From contig CM060733.1 in NCBI GenBank assembly GCA_030704615.1, positions 15,314,001-15,378,000 of the forward strand: a stretch of 64,000 bases of DNA, in the 5' to 3' direction. A program made the position numbers and the translations under genes. Position 1 is the first letter of the stretch. Each line of letters begins with the position of its first letter. Below are positions 39,341 through 52,567 of this stretch, piece by piece. A model generated the notes under the pieces. The model had not been told where the DNA came from. It saw only the letters and a list, made by a program, of their open reading frames with translations, and ran no database searches. The stretch comes from Takakia lepidozioides. Its lineage: Eukaryota > Plantae > Bryophyta.

Positions 39341-40599
39341 AGACACTATTTGTAACAGGCTGCATCCGAACTTAAAGAATCTGTACAAGCAGTTCATCAA
39401 ATTACATGTACCTGGAAAATTTATTTGAAATTGATTTCAAGTTCTACTTTGTCCTTTTTCTTTGTTGGCTGTGCCAAGTTGAACAAAGTCTTTTCTATGA
39501 GGATCCGGCTCCGTGGAGGTAACGGTACAGACCCATTACTTGGTAGATATCATCTACCCTCCAACGCAAGAACGTCGTGGTGCCGTTCTCTACAAATAGA
39601 AGTACGGCTAATGTTGGTTCCCGTTCACCAAGAAACTTCTTTACAGCCTCTGCCAGTTCTTTCTTGTTTCCGAAGGCTGGATGTCAGAAAGTTCTTAATT
39701 ACGGGGTCAGTGGTATCCCTGAATCAAGACCTCACACGCTCAAATTCCTATTGTGGACCTTCCATTGGAGCGGGTGTTTGTCTCTCAAGTACACCTTGCC
39801 CCACTTCCCAGAAAAGTTTGTTGGTTTTAAAAATCACGTTATAGGTTGCAGGGGTGACTTTGTTCTCTATCTGCTTTTGCTGTGTCTCATTCTGTTGCTG
39901 TTGGGATGGGCTGGAAGAGGAGGAAGGGCCGCCTGCAATGTAGGGAGTCTTGTCCTCTCCGCGCTACAGCCAAGTTTGCCACTGTTGAGCCCACATCTCC
40001 TGCTACAAGGGAGACAAACTTGGGTTGCAGGGATTGCCCACGAGGCTGTCTATACACATGACTTAATCTGAACCTCAAATCCACAGATGCAAAAGCAGAG
40101 CACCAACAATTGGACCCCAACAGGGCCAGGGCTCATACCTGATGGATCTAGCTCCTCTGTTGGATCAAGACTCTTGATCCACAATAGGAGCACCTTGCGG
40201 TGTCGAAAGATTTTAATGCCGAGTGACAAAAGCTCCCACCACTCATATCCTCCACAATCAACCTTTCGTAATACTCATTGGTGCTTAGTAGTGAGCAGAT
40301 GTGTTCAGCTAGCTTTTGGGCTTCCCAGCTAGCAACCTCTGTTTTACAATTAGCCTGCATCACATGTATGGACACCCTAAGAAAGCACATAAGAAATCAA
40401 GACCTGAAAATGATAATCACTTATACCTGGAGTGTAGACACCTTTTGAGGATGCTGAGTATAACCCCAAGCATGTAAACAGTGCAGTCTCACATTCTCAA
40501 TGAACATGCAAGACATGAAACAAAACTATAGATTTAGATCCACAACAATTAGGAGGAAAGCGTGTGTCTTGTACCATGAGCAAAGTTCAAGCCGACAGC

Positions 40600-40780
40600 C
40601 ACTAGAAGAGAAAACGGGTTTTTCCATGGGTATGCCATCTCACACCTGGCACATTCCATGGCTTTTATCACGGGTATTTAGAGTGAGCCAAGGTGTGGGA
40701 ACTGTATGTGGCCTAAGTGTGGGGTGTCCCACATGTCACCACACCTTAAAAGCCCACGTTATGATGTGGCACTTTGACTA
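40600..40780 (+). mobile_element. CACTA terminal fragment (related copy at 45549-45790)
   Basis: CACTAGAAGAGAAAAC.GGTTTTTCCATGG occurs at 40600 and, as TACTAGAAG..., at 45549. No matching right ends found. Confidence 0.5.
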
Positions 40781-40999
40781 AGTAGATGTAGGTTTTTTTT
40801 CAAAGTGCCTATCTCACACAAGTGTGAAATGAGACAAGCCTCATGTATCACACACATTTTTGTGATCCTAGTCAACTGTATGAGCTGGCATGGTCAAGAC
40901 ACGTGGCTGCTCCGGAGTGGTTTAATTCTCAATTTTGTTTCCACGGTCTAAAATAATAGTAATATTATTTAGGCTGCCAGTGGTGATGTTTAGGGAGGG

Positions 41000-43900
41000 G
41001 AGGATGATGCCCGTCAAGTGTTTGACAAAGTGGTTCGTGGACTGTATCGATGGCAGGTTATGCTCAACATGGGTGTCATAAGGAGGCTTTCCATATCTTC
41101 AGTCAGATGATACAGGAAGGGGTGAAGCCCAACAAGGGTATTCATTTGCGTCCTCAATGCTTCCAAGGGCGAAGAGGTCCATGCAGACATCGTCGAAGCT
41201 GGTTTCGTTCCATATATCATGCTGGAGACTGCTCTTACTGATGTGTATGCAAAACGCAATAGCATAGAGGAGGCACGCCGTCTGTTTAGGGTTTACATTT
41301 GCAGATTATGAGTACACCGCCATAGCTCTCGCTGCTGGAATTTGCACGATGGTGGGACAAAGCAATCGCAACGTGTGGCTTTTTCTTAATGTACGAAGTC
41401 AAGAAGTTTGTCCATCCTGCAAATGTGGGCTTTGGCTCCTGTTACTACCATGATTTGGTATTCTTCCTAATGCTTACAAGGTGCTTGGGAGTGTCAGCTT
41501 GGTCTTTGCAGGCCGTGTTTCAATCTCTGCCTGCTCAGTTGCACCGTGGTGGTTCGTACAGACCAAACCGACATTACCTGACTACAGACACAAGCAGCAC
41601 ACACAAGAGGTCCACACACAAGAGGTCCGTTTGGGTTCATGGTCAGTCAAATCCTCCATGGGTCATGACACAAGGTCGAGGACAATGTGAGGGCACCTTC
41701 TTCTTCGACCTATTTCAGCCTGTTTTGCCCTCTCATCAGTTTCGGCCCTGAATTTGCCGTACGGAGCAGAGCTGGCATGAGTTTCTTCACGATGGTGGGA
41801 CAATCGCAATCGCAAGGTGTTGCTTTTTCTTAATATAGGATGTGAAGAAGTTTGTCCATCCTGCAAATGTGGGCTTTTGGCTCCTGTTAGTACCATGCTG
41901 TGGTATTCTTTCCGATGTTTACAAGGTTCTTGGGAGAGTCAGCTTGGTCTTAGCAGGCCGTGTTTCAATCTCTGCTCGCTCAGCTGCACCGTGGTGGTTT
42001 TCACGTACCAATCCGACATTACCTGACTGTACAGACACAAGCAGCACACACCAGAGGTCCTTTTGGGTTGGTGATCGGTCATAACCTCCATGGGTCATGA
42101 CACAAGGTCAAGTTCACAATGTGGTGAGGGCGCCTTCTTCTTCAACCTATTTCTGCCCCCTTTGTCCTCTCATCAGACGTCCCTGAATGTTTGGTGATAA
42201 AGCCCTAGTTTGTCTTTTGCTCTTTTAACTCTATAGTAAAATTATCAGATGGAGGAGGGTCAGAGACAGCTGAAGGAGCAGGGATAGAGAGTGGGTCCAG
42301 ATTCATCCAAGAGGGCAAGATTTCAAGCACTATGATTCCCTGTGGATCCATTGCTACAAGAAACCTGCATGGGTAGATGGTAAACTGGAAGCTGCAGCAG
42401 CAGCAGCACAATTGAGAAAATTAGGCACTGCTAATGAAGGCAACCTTCTTCAACACCTTTCACCCTGTTTTTCCCTCTTATCAAAATCGGCCCTAATTTT
42501 TCATGTTGAATTCTGCAAGTTACTGGTTGAGTGAACCTTTGATAGTTTGCAATGCGTGTGCAAGCCTGGCAGCTCTGGAGAAGGGCAAAGAGGTCCATGG
42601 CGACATTGTCAGAGCTGCAATTGTACCACATGTCATTCTGAACAATACCCTTGTGGAAATGTATGAAGGGAGTGTTCGACAGCTCTGGGAAAGGGGAAAG
42701 AGGTCCATGGTGACATCGTCAAAGCTGAAATTGTACCAGATGTCATCCTGAACACTGCCCTGGTGGACATGTTTGCCAAATGTGGGTGCATTCAGGATGC
42801 GAAGGGAGTTTTCCACACTCTGGCTGAACGAGATGTGGTGTCGTGCAACGCGATGCTTGCAGGGTATGCACAGCAGGGGCACGGGATGGAGGCTTTGGAG
42901 ACCTATGAGCAAATGATTGGGGAAGGGTGAAGCCCGACCACATCAGGTTTGTGTACGTTTGCAGTGAGTGTGCAAGCCTGGCAGCCCTGGAAAAGGGCAA
43001 AGAGGTGCATGGTTGCATCGCCAAAGCTGGAATTGTACCAGATGTGATTCCCTGTGGATCAATAGCTACAAGAAACCTGCATGGGTGGATGGTCAACTAA
43101 AGGCTGCAGCTGCAGCGGCACAGTTGATAAAACCAGGCACCTCAACCATGGCCACAGCTTCTGAAAGAGGATCAAGAGAGGGAGTCCACAACGCCTCTTC
43201 TGGCACTTCTTGGCATGTGAAGATGCTTTGCGGCAGGCAGACTGACAGTGGCTCTACAGACTTTAAACCAATGAGGCATTTCAGCAGATTCAGGTACGTA
43301 TGTCTGTCTCTTGCTTAAGTGCATCAAGATGGAAGGTCTGGAAGCTGGAAAGCAGGTGCACACTCACATAATCCAAAGTGGATTCACGCCAAATGTTTTT
43401 CTATTCAACACCCTTGTCTCCATGTATGTTAAGTGCGGGAGCATCATGGATGCTCACCAGTGTTCAACAGAATGCCTCAACGATCTTTGATCACGTGGAA
43501 TATAATGTTGGCAGGAGTTACTAAGCATGGGTGTGGTAGGAATGCTTTGGAGACCTATGAGCAACTGCTGCGCGAAGGGGTGAAGCCCAACCACATCACA
43601 TTTGTTTGTAATGCGTGTGCAAGCCTGGGAGCTCTGGAAAAGGGCAAAGAGGTCCATGGTGACATCGTCAAATCTGGAATTGTACCCGATGTCATTCTGA
43701 ACACTGCCCTGGTGGACTGCATGTATGCCAAATGTGGGTGCATCGAGGATGCAAAGGGAGTGTTCGACAGTATGGCTGAACGAGATGTGGTGTCCTGGAG
43801 TGCGATGATTGCAGGATATGCACGGCAAGGGCGCGGGATGGAGGCTTTGGAGACCTATGAGCAATGATGCGGGAAGGGGTGATTCCCTGTGGAAAGATAG

Positions 43901-44650
43901 CTACAAGAAACCTGCATGGGTAGATGGTCAACTGGAAGCCACAGCAGCAGCGGCACAATTGATAAGATCGGGCACTGCTAATCAAGGCACCTTCTTCAAC
44001 ACATTTCACTCTGTTTTCCCCTCTTATCAGAATCGCCCTAAATTTTCATGTTGAATTCTGCAAGTTAGCTGGTTGGGTGAACCTTTGATAGTTTGGAGTG
44101 ACTTTGACATGATACTGCCAAAGTGACAATAGGAAAGTATCCAGAAATAGGTAACAGAGAGGAGAAGCTGTGGAATGAATGCTTTTCTGACCCCAGTCAA
44201 TGGTGGAACAACCATCTTGGAAGGTAAATGCCTTTGGATTACAGAGAGTGGCAGATGCAATTGAGAAAAGGAACTGGTGTGATAAGTTCAGTTGGGTGTT
44301 TGCTGGAACAAATATAGGCTGCCATTGTCAGCTGCTAACAACAATGCAAGGATGTTTGCATGATCTGTGCAGAGGCATGGATAGCTAAAGGAGCAGGCAT
44401 AGAGTGTCATCCAAGAGGGCAGGATTTCAAGTTCCATATTACTTATGATTCCCTGTGGAAGGATAGCTACATGGGTAGATGGTCATGGGTAGATGGTAGA
44501 TAGTTTGGAGTGATTTTGACATGATACTGCAAAAGTGACAATAGGAAAGTATCCAGAAACAGGTAACAGAGATGAGGAGAAGCTGTGGAATGAATGCTTT
44601 TCTGACCCCAGTCAAGGGTGGGACAACCGAGGGAAAAAGGTGAATGCCTA
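41000..44650 (+). pseudogene. Scrambled cluster of PDF-motif/PLS-PPR gene fragments
   Basis: P-L-S repeats (VKPNHITFVC..ACASLGALEKGKEVHGDIV; VILNTALVDMYAKCG; VVSWSAMIAGYA) interleaved with PDF half-motifs (WWDNRNRK; LWNECFSDPSQWW; PRGQDFKH..YDSLW...KKPAWV). Many stops and frameshifts. Confidence 0.88.
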
Positions 44651-46300
44651 TTAGATTACAGAGAGTAGGAGACGCAATTCAGCATAGACACTAAGGCAAA
44701 CTCTCCTTCCCAGCAAGGGTTTTATTTTGGTATCTGAGCGATTAAATATAATTTCTAAGAACATAATTTCAGTATGTTGTTATTTAATAATGTTCTCATC
44801 AAGGCCACTGTCCAGTGTCAATGTCCATATTCAGTGTCCATGTTCAGTGTCCATGTCGATGTCCAGTGTCCATGTTCCCTATAATAATAATAATAATAAT
44901 AATAAAATTAAATCCATTAACATTCACACTTAATATTGGAAATCAATTAATAATTAATTAATACATACCCTCACACAGGAACGAACACGTGTTGCATAAT
45001 GACTTGTCGAAGGTGTGAAATCTGCTAACGAAGAAACTATCTCTACAAAAGTGTATTGTCAAATGTGGGATTGAAGGGGAATCATGGAAGCTCCTTGTTG
45101 GACGTTTCATCAGCAATATTAACATGCTTCCTTCATCAAAGAGAACCCGATTGTATAAACGGGCTGGTGTAATCCCCTTTGCAGTTGAGTCACTGGGATT
45201 TGCAACATGTTCATGGCCCCTCTGACCTGTTTCTGTCACGAACTGCCAAAGATCTGCAAACAAAGTAAATTCTTTGAGCGCCAGTATGGTTTGTCATTCG
45301 CTTGTGTTTCATCCCTCAGTGGCACCTGCTGAGGGAATTTGACACTATAAAATCTAAACATAGTATCGGTGCAGAATGATTTCTGTTAGTTGTCAAGTCT
45401 CTAAGGCGGACATTAAGGGCAGTTTGTGTAGAGATTTCAAGTTTGACCAGAAGCAAATCCAGATCTCAAGCTAGAGCTGAAGCCTGAGTTGACAGATGTG
45501 TAGGTGACAGAAGAGCCTTTGCCACTAGGGTCGGGTGAAGTGACGGCTTACTAGAAGAGAAAACCGGTTTTTCCATGGCTTTTTCCACACTTTTTGCTGT
45601 GGAAAAGTCCACACCTGCTGTGGGTGTAAGGAGCGACTAGTCCTTTTGGACACGCCGTGGACGGCTTGGCATCTCGGGTGGCCATGCGGAAAAGTCCACG
45701 GGTGGAAAAACCCTTTGAAGTCCATGGGTGGCCTTTTTCACGGGGTGCATGGTGACATGGCCGCGCTGGCATAGCTGACATGGCAGAGTGTGAAAAAGAT
45801 CTATTTGAGAGCTTATCATTTGGCTGCTTTCATTACTGCAGGAAAGGATAAGTGGAGAGCACTGGTTCCTTCTAACCCGCATTTATACTACTGCGTGTTG
45901 TCTGGAAGTAGTTCTCCAAAACTATTTTAGTGAGAAACTGATACTCTAGACAGTTTAAGACCTTCACTCTTTACATTAACAAGAATTTACGGTTGCTGCT
46001 TCATTTTCTGTAGACAGCCATGGTGCATATGCCTCTTGCACGAGAAAATACGGAAGGCAAATTGACGATAGCAGACATGTGGGGCATAAAGCTCATGCAG
46101 ACATTTTCTTTTATATCACAGATATCATGTTCTGGTTGTCAACACTCCCAAATTGCGTTTACAAAACTGAACACTGCAAGGTACCGAGCCAGTTGACACA
46201 CACCCTTGGGTGTATTCGGATTAAAACGTCAAAAATCTTATTCTATTACAAGAATCTGAACCTAGGCCGATACAGTTGTCACCTTAGCCGGCATCTACTT

Positions 46301-47232
46301 TCAAGGCTTGTGCACGATGAATCCTGCGCATTGCACCTGCCTAACGTTGTCGAATCCGAGCACGCGGATGTAGGCGGTGGGGTACTCCTTCTTGCACAAC
46401 TCGATCTCATTCAACACTGATGAAGAATCAGTGCACCCGAACATGGGCAGCTTCCACATAGTCCAGTAACGACCATCATAGTATCCTGGTGACCGGTTGT
46501 TGGTGCGGCTGATGAGCCCGTCCTGACCCAAACAAGACGGTGGCTGGTGTTAAACATAATTTTGGGAAAGGATTAGTCGAATGAATCTAGAGCCACTGGA
46601 GGAAACCCTCCCACATTAGCAGGAAAATCGGTTTCACTGTTCGGAAGTCATCATGAACACTAGAGTGAAGTGTGCGCGACAAGTAAATCTTACCAAGTCA
46701 AACTCAAGGCAGGGGATCCACCCTTTGGCAATCATGTAATCAATCTCCTTAGAGATAGCCTCCGGGCTCAATGGTGGCAAGTAGGATAGGGTCTCGAACT
46801 TCAAGTTGCCCTCAGGCCTCCACACCTGCATACATCATCCCCAGCACCCCCCTTAGTCGACATACACCAGCATTACTCAAAATGCAGTGACTGCTCCAAC
46901 ATCCCCCCGAGCTTCATCACCGCACCAGCCCCAAGTCAAGCCCACCAAACACGGCAGAAGAAAACCACACCACCACCACCACTACCACCATCACAGGAAG
47001 GACCCAACAACAATCTACTACGGAAGAGGCCACAGACCAGCATGCATCCCAGGCGGCTTCCGTTCTGCACGGTCTTGGAGCTCAAATCCGCGCTCTTGCT
47101 AGAGAACACATTGGCACCCTTGAGGCCGGTGAAGGCGCGCACTGTCGCAGTCTGCGAGGAGGAAGCGCTTGGGCTGGCAGCAGCGAAGGCCACTGGGGAC
47201 ACCACGGCGGAAGCTGACACCATGGAAGCCAT
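46301..47232 (-). CDS. rbcS: Rubisco small subunit with transit peptide (exons 47232-47038, 46825-46694, 46522-46301; 182 aa)
   Basis: MASMVSAS... transit peptide; [11 protein letters not shown]; [19 protein letters not shown]; two phase-0 GT-AG introns give an intact frame. Confidence 0.98.
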
Positions 47233-47304
47233 CGCGTGCAGCAACCCGATCAATTCCTGCGGGAGCGTCAAAGATGAGAAGACGAGAGAGAGAGTGAGAG
47301 GCGC

Positions 47305-47450
47305 AGAGTAAATAGGCCGGCCTGCAGCGGACGACAGCCACAAAGCGGCCCATCAGATAAGATAAGCCCCGCCGTCCCTCCCCTTCCCCGCCTTCTCTTT
47401 AACAAATTTGGAAAACAGGAAATTTTCGACCACCCATCTAAAGCCACGTA
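47305..47450 (-). promoter_or_regulatory. rbcS promoter: TATA-like box, tandem I-boxes, G-box-like element
   Basis: CCTATTTAC at ~47316-47308; GATAAGATAAG at 47356-47366; GCCACGT at ~47443. These are typical light-responsive rbcS elements. Confidence 0.55.
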
Positions 47451-48994
47451 GGGACCGCAAAGACGGACGAAGTTTCGGAACTAAACTACTGGAAGCCACA
47501 GTTGTCTGGTTTGGATCCCACGAGTACGAATTCAAACTGTTGGTTTCTAACTTCACATCGCATTCACCTTCTGCTGTGTGCAAAACCCTCACAAAATATG
47601 TCCAGGCAGTGTTTTAGAGCTTCTGCTTTGAAGTGGTGCAGCTGTCGGTGCAGATGCCTGGGTTTTGAATCTTAAGAAGCGGTGAATTGGTTCGAAAGTA
47701 TGTTGAGTACCTGCCTATGGCAATCCGGGACCTGACCGTGGATTAGAGTGCGGTGCTTATGGGGCCATTTATGAGAGATTTTCGAGAACCGGGAATTCAG
47801 TTGTTCATGTGGGTTATCGAAGCTGTGATCCGAAAAATGATTTTTTGTGCCGCCGAAGATGTTTCTGGCAGTAAAGCGTAACAGTGGTTCAGCTGCTTGC
47901 CATTTCGGCGTTCGGTTCCAACTGCTAGGGTTTGGATCCAGGTGAAGTGGTTATTCCTACTTTATGAATAGGAATTCATGTAAATTGTGGTGGTAGCCTG
48001 CAAAGTGTGCATATTGTTTGCAAGAAAAGGACATAAGAAAGAGAGAGATACCCCCAAAAGTCAAGTATAGGGATTGTCTAAAAGTCAAAGCCTCATGCAG
48101 GTAATTATGATCTTCTAGTGGAAGATTCCGTGACAGGTTGGGTATCACGGTATAGACAATTGGATCTCCCACGGATCTCCTAGTAGAAAGGACAGTGAAA
48201 GAAGAAATTGAAAGAAATAAAGAAAGAAACTTGTTTACAATGTTCGGAGGAAGCCCAAGCATGGGAGGGAGGAGGAGGGGGGTGGGAAATTTCCGCATTT
48301 GAACATATCTATCTCAACATGGCTGCTATTCAGCTGCGTTCCTGAGTTCTAATGCTATTCTATGGCGCTTCCCTCGTCCCATGTCAAAGCTGTTGGAAAA
48401 TCAACTTTCTTAAGACATTAGACTGCTTGGGATGCCGGGAGGGGATGAGAGGAGAGCAGGAAGCCGCCCAGTTCATTGCTGAAGGCTATCCCAGTTCGTG
48501 GGACTTACCTTCTCGAGAACATTTAAGTCTTGCCATCTGGACAGATTTTGTTCAGAATGCTCTCCACTAGCATAAACTATTTAATGATTTGTAGATGTGG
48601 GCGGGATAAAAGATATAGATAAAGATTGCTTAATGTCCAGCTTATTTACAGAGCCTACTGCTCAAAGCACACAGAGAAGAAGAATTTTATGAAATTGACA
48701 GTAGAAAAGGCAAAGAAAAGGGTCGATAAAGAATGGGAATACCCAGTGACTGTACCTGTCAGAGCTTGGGGCAGTAGATGTTGCACCCAATTTGGATGGA
48801 ACAGAGAATGTAGTACTTAAGAAAGAGATAGGAAGCAAGAGAATAAATGACGTCGTTGTGCTTTATCTCCATGGGGATGAGGGATGCAATGAATAATTTC
48901 TTCTTCTTTTTCTCCTGTCTTTCTTAATCAGGTCTTCAGTATGCATGGCAACATCACAGCTCCCCTTGAGCAGACATAGAGGGTTACAATGTCC

Positions 48995-51900
48995 TTACCA
49001 TACGCTTAACATTTTCAGACCTGTTTGTCGTTTCATGCTGAATGCTGGAGAACGGAACATTATGTAGATGGGCACCATAAACCGTACCACGAAGTACATG
49101 CTCACCATCCCACCAAATAGCCCGGCAGTTGTCATGTATTTCTGCCACTTCATACCTGTAGGCATCACTGCTATCCCAGCAGCCGTAAATGCACCAAGGG
49201 CAAAAACAACTGCAATCACCATTAGGAGTGAGGCATAGCAAAGTGAATACTGAGCATCGTTTACTGCTTCTTTGATGAACTTGCCCTGCACTGGTAGTAC
49301 TCCGCAAGCACCTGATATAACTGATGCCATGCTGAAGAAGAAGGACAAGCTGTTGAACACCCAGAAGGCACGAACACTGTTGTATTTCTCAATTGCTGCG
49401 AAGGCAAGATAGGTGTCAGGAGGAGCTGGTTCCCCCAATTGGAACTGATAATGGTTGGACACACAAGACAATGTACAATTCAGTGCGAGGCTTTTGGTGG
49501 GCAGAATGACACCAGAGTTGGTAGTTTGTTTGGGGTCTTCATCATTTTCCTAGTGCTTTTGCCTGTTCGTGAGGCAAAGATCAGGAGACATTGAGCTACA
49601 AGCTTTCAAGGGTGCCTTTCATGACTAAAACTGTAGCTAGAGGTGCCGCTTTTGAGCTTCACCCACCAAGCATGGACAAAATGGAACCTACTAAGCCACG
49701 TTTGCTTTCTATATCTGCAGCCAACATGATCAAAAAGTTACCTAAATGCTTTTGTGATGCTCACAAAGGTGAGAATTGCAGCTCTACTGATATGAGATAT
49801 ATTATATAAAACATTATGCAATGATCGTGCATATTGGTTATCAGGCTTAGCAAGCTGCCATCAGCATAGCGGTACCTGGGCATGGTAGGAAGAGACGAAA
49901 CCCAAGGGTGGTTGCACCCAACCGTTGTAAGTTATTGTTGCAATTAGGGCAGCTCCAACCAAGATTGCATTAGCTGCCTCCACAAAAAGCTGTCTGTCTC
50001 GGTATAACACCTTCAAATAGCCCCTCACGTCAGATCTGTCCGTCAGTAGCTTCTCAACATCTCGCCAGTTGATTTGTATTATCCCTTCTAGTGGGTTCTT
50101 ATCCTCTAATAAGTCTTTCATACCTGTCCGTCGCCAACTATCCGCTGTTTCATTTTTTTCTGCAGCTATCTGCACAGCTGTGCGCCCATTGGTATCCTCC
50201 TCATTAGCACTGAGGTTCTTCTCTTCAACAAGTAGCCTCACCACCTCTACGTGTCCAAACTTTGCAGCACAGTGCAGGGGTGTAAAGCTCTCAAATTCAC
50301 CCACAGCGTTGATGTCTACACCTGGTTGTCTTAGTAGCAATTGGACCAAATAGGCACTCCCCTTGCTTGCCGCCCAATGTAGAAGTGTGGAGGAGCGAAT
50401 GGCATCAAGTTTCCACATGAGGTTCTCCCGCCCTGACTCTGAATTCAACTTCAATGTGTGTATAAACTTGATGTCAAACTTTGAGAAAGTATTGACTCTC
50501 GGCATGCATATGAGGAGAAGCTTAAACACTTCGATGAGCCGGAATGAGTCCTCCCACTTCCGTTCCTGTAGGCGTTGGATCACAACATCTAATGCTGTTT
50601 GGTCATCAGCATTCTGAGCTGCTATATCCAAGAACTGCAAGAGCTTCACCACTGTTTCACTGTGGCCCTGAACTGCAGCCATATGTAATGGTGTGGATCT
50701 CTCAGTCACTTCAGCAGTCACATCAGATAAATCAGGCCGTGGCAGGAGCTCAGAAGCCAGGCCAAATGGAAATACTAAATTCTTTGCAGTAGTGGCTTTT
50801 GTAACCAATGGGACTATTTGACCTTTCAGCACAACTGGTCCCCAGAAATACTCATATACAAGTAGTTCTACAACCTCAGTGTGCCCTTCTCTAGCAGCAA
50901 TATGCAAAGGGAGGAGTCCATCCAGGTCAGCAGCATTGACATGGGTGTCGTTCCATTCCAGCAGTTCTGTGACTGTCAATACTCGACCCTGCTTTGCTGC
51001 ATAATGCAAAGGGGTGCGCCCAACACAATCTCTAGCATTTACTGGACCAGGTTGTTGTAATGCTTTTTCTAAGTCTTGGAACCTGAGCAATCTCGAATCC
51101 CTTTCGTGATTAATATACTTCATAGCACGCTTGTCACCAAGATTTACCCCGTACTGTAGAGATCTCCCAGGCTTCCGTCTCTCATGCTCTTCCAGGATCA
51201 AATGCACTACTGTATCATGCCCCCTGTCTGCAGCCATATGCAGAGCTGTGAAATCTTCCATAGTTTGTGCATCTAAATCTGTTTCTGGGTCTGCCAGAAG
51301 GAGGTTCACAACTTCTTCCTTACCTTCCCATGAAGCCAAGTGGAGAGGGGTGAAACCTCTTACGGCCCACTTGGCCCTTGCCTCTGCTATGGTCTCTGAT
51401 GTCATTCCTTTGGGTTCCACAAACTTCTCCCTTGCCTTGGCATTCACATCAACATAAGGCCCAGGTGTAGGAGCACTAACCAAACCAATCTCAGGTTTGA
51501 TCCTGACATGGAGGGAGAGAGAGTTAGAATTGCTGTGGACTCCATCATGCATTGTCCATGACAGTATGACAAGTTTGTCCAGTGCCAATATCTCTCGAGT
51601 CATTGCTTTGTTTGCTACATTGTTTGTACCCCACAAGCCTGTGAATGGTATGAAGTTCCATCTGTTCTTTCTTGCAGTCTCTCTTTCCTTTGTCACATGT
51701 AAATGTTGGTTCACGTTTTGAATTAATTCTAGTACCCTCAATCTCAATAATGGGACAACATTCACTAGGAGTTGCATGCTGATTGTCACCCTCCATCAAG
51801 GTAATAGCAAGTGCCCTAACAGTTACTTCTTTCGCCACTCTTCGGTCTCTCATTCCAATGGTCAACATGTTATAAGTCTAGATGAGCCCCTAACCACTGT

Positions 51901-52567
51901 CACAATACAAAGCTGCAGACAACAAAGTTTCCAATGAAAAGTCGAAACCATCAATCTGAGCTCTTTTTAAAGTCCCATTTAGTACATCTCATTGGCACAC
52001 TGTGGGGGACATCCTGTACCTAGACAGGGTTGCTGTAAATTACCCTTGTGCAATGTCAGCCACAGGCCCATTTGGAACAGCACCTAGTTGAGTAATGCTT
52101 GGAGCATCTTTGCTGAAGCTGCTCCCTACAGTGGCTCCATTTGCATCTGTGCCCATCTCAGTTCCAATTTTGACCGGCACGGACTGGGAAGATTCAAGGC
52201 TTGGGACGATCGATCCAGACCCTCGAGATCCAATCTCGATGCGGCCTGGATCCATCCTCTTCGGCCTTGTTGCCAGGAGGACCTCCACCACAGGGGCGTG
52301 CCCATGCCAAGCCGCTACATGGAGGGGAGTGCGTCCAAGCTGATCAAGTGCCACGTACGGTTTGACCGCTGGCTGCTGCAACAGCAGCTTCACAATCTCC
52401 ACATCTCCATTGTGTACCGCTACATGGAAGGGGCTTCTTCCATCGGGCCCTGCTGCAACTGGATCGGTGTTGGGTTGAGTCAAGATGTAGACGACGTTCT
52501 TTATTTTCCCATTTTGAACTGCTTCATACAAAGCTGTGGACATCGTCTCTCTGAACACTTTGGACAT
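48995..52567 (-). CDS. Ankyrin-repeat transmembrane (PGG-domain, ACD6/ITN1-like) protein, ~866 aa (exons 52567-52044, 51502-49876, 49444-48995)
   Basis: Multiple TPLH/TALH ankyrin repeats; ANAILVGAALIATITYNGWVQPPLG; FWVFNSLSFFFS and four TM helices. The predicted splice phases (2, 0) keep the frame open. Confidence 0.85.

Noticed and set aside
51503-51789. N-terminal ~95 aa of the 642-aa ankyrin ORF
   Set aside because: Lies within a predicted intron. The polypyrimidine-CAG acceptor at 51503 matches the phase of the donor at 52043.
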